From: Azolla caroliniana
Lineage: Eukaryota; Plantae; Polypodiophyta
Assembly: GCA_043228905.1 (NCBI GenBank)
Contig: JBHGNT010000009.1
Coordinates: 18,228,001-18,292,000 of the forward strand
Direction: 5' to 3'
DNA: 64,000 nt
Made by a program: the position numbers and the translations under genes. Position 1 is the stretch's first letter. Each line of letters opens with the position of its first letter. Positions 62,833 through 64,000 of the stretch are shown here, piece by piece. Under the pieces are notes generated by a model. That model had not been told where the DNA came from. It searched no databases and saw only the letters and a program-made list of their open reading frames with translations.

Positions 62833-64000
62833 CCACATATACGCCTTCAATCTCCTTATCCTTAAAAATGGGGAGTCTGATGATGACTCCTTTCGATTAC
62901 ATGCCCTTGAGCTTTTGGAGATTGACATGGCCGATTCTTTTGTGCCATAATTCTATGTCGACGTCGACTTTATGGACCTTTGTGAATGTGGCCGATTTTA
63001 CCTCATTCAACTCAAGGATGAACATTTGGCCTTCTCTTTGACCATGAGCAATGAGTCAGCCTTCCTTCTCAATGAAACAACCTCCATAGTTAAAACGTGC
63101 TTACATGCCATGTTCAATGATTTGGCCAACCGATACCAGATTCTTCATTATGGTCGGAACATATAAGACACTTTTGATGTAGGTTTGTTTGCCATCTTTC
63201 TCGAATGGGACATTACCGACATGTTGAATGGGGTGAATTGTGTCATCCCTAGTTTCTACATAGCCAGGTCATTCAGGCTTTTGCAACTCACGGAACCAAT
63301 CTTCATATGAGAAGTCATGTGATTGGATGTGCCAGAGTCGACAAACCATACATTTTCCGGGTTGGAGGTGTTGGTTGGGCCATATGTTGACATTGAATTC
63401 GCTCTATGCTTCATCACGAACATATTGCCATGATCATCATAGTCGGCGTTAGAGGCATAGTTGGTGAGTTGTTGTCTTGTGAAAGTAGACTCACTCTTCT
63501 TCTACTAGCATCATACCTCATAGTGGTCGAATTTGCCACAATATCCGCACTCGATGGAATTGTTTTGTCGGCTTGGTTCGGCATGATGGCTCCCCATTCT
63601 GCCGAATGTCCCTCACCCCAATATTTGCTATTGTGACTTTACTAGTAACAACGGTTCATTACATGTTCATGAACATTTGCTAATGACATCACGACCACGA
63701 TCGCAAGCATCTGCAATTGACACAAACAAGGGTTCATTACATGATCATTGACATTTACTAAAGATACCACTACCCACAATCATGAACACCAATGTCATTA
63801 GTAGTGTAAATAATTAGCTCGAGTAATCATGTTATGTATAATAGATTAGAGATGTGTGTGAAAGAGGAGAGAAGAGACAAGATAGATATGAAAATAAAAA
63901 GACTTAAATGTGTATTAACAAGGAGTAAGAAATACAATAGAAAACAACCAACAAAAAAAATACAAGTGAGGGAGGGTGCTTTATATAAAATCATCCTCTC

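Larger units (their letters stand above)
60740..63660 (-). mobile_element. Fragmented copia remnants (probably two elements)
   Basis: RT pieces YVDDML..MKDMG..ILGM (60762-61028) and [29 protein letters not shown] (61302-61487, partly duplicated at 61180-61300). Integrase-like sequence at 61570-61830 and protease WFVDSGTSNHM at ~63317-63349. Confidence 0.8.

Overview
Repeat-rich eukaryotic DNA from a land plant. The transposon spectrum and sHSP style suggest a fern or other non-flowering plant, but this is inference. The left half (about 6-31 kb) holds a dispersed tandem cluster of five intact cytosolic class-I-like small heat-shock protein (HSP20/alpha-crystallin) genes. Each has one phase-1 intron at the same codon and heat-shock elements (HSEs) upstream; four have a clear TATA box. 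Inside the cluster are three hAT-type MITEs with 8-bp target-site duplications (TSDs), two of them just upstream of HSEs, plus a very young intact Ty1/copia element and several tRNA-Arg-like repeats. The right half is nested mobile DNA: a full-length degenerate L1, an LTR>hAT>L1 nest, a decayed Penelope-like reverse transcriptase, LTRs and solo LTRs, and copia and RTE-like remnants. It also contains an unclassified modular hairpin-bearing repeat with a short ORF, followed by a run of host-gene fragments that includes intron-containing enolase exons. All calls were read by eye; no database searches were run.
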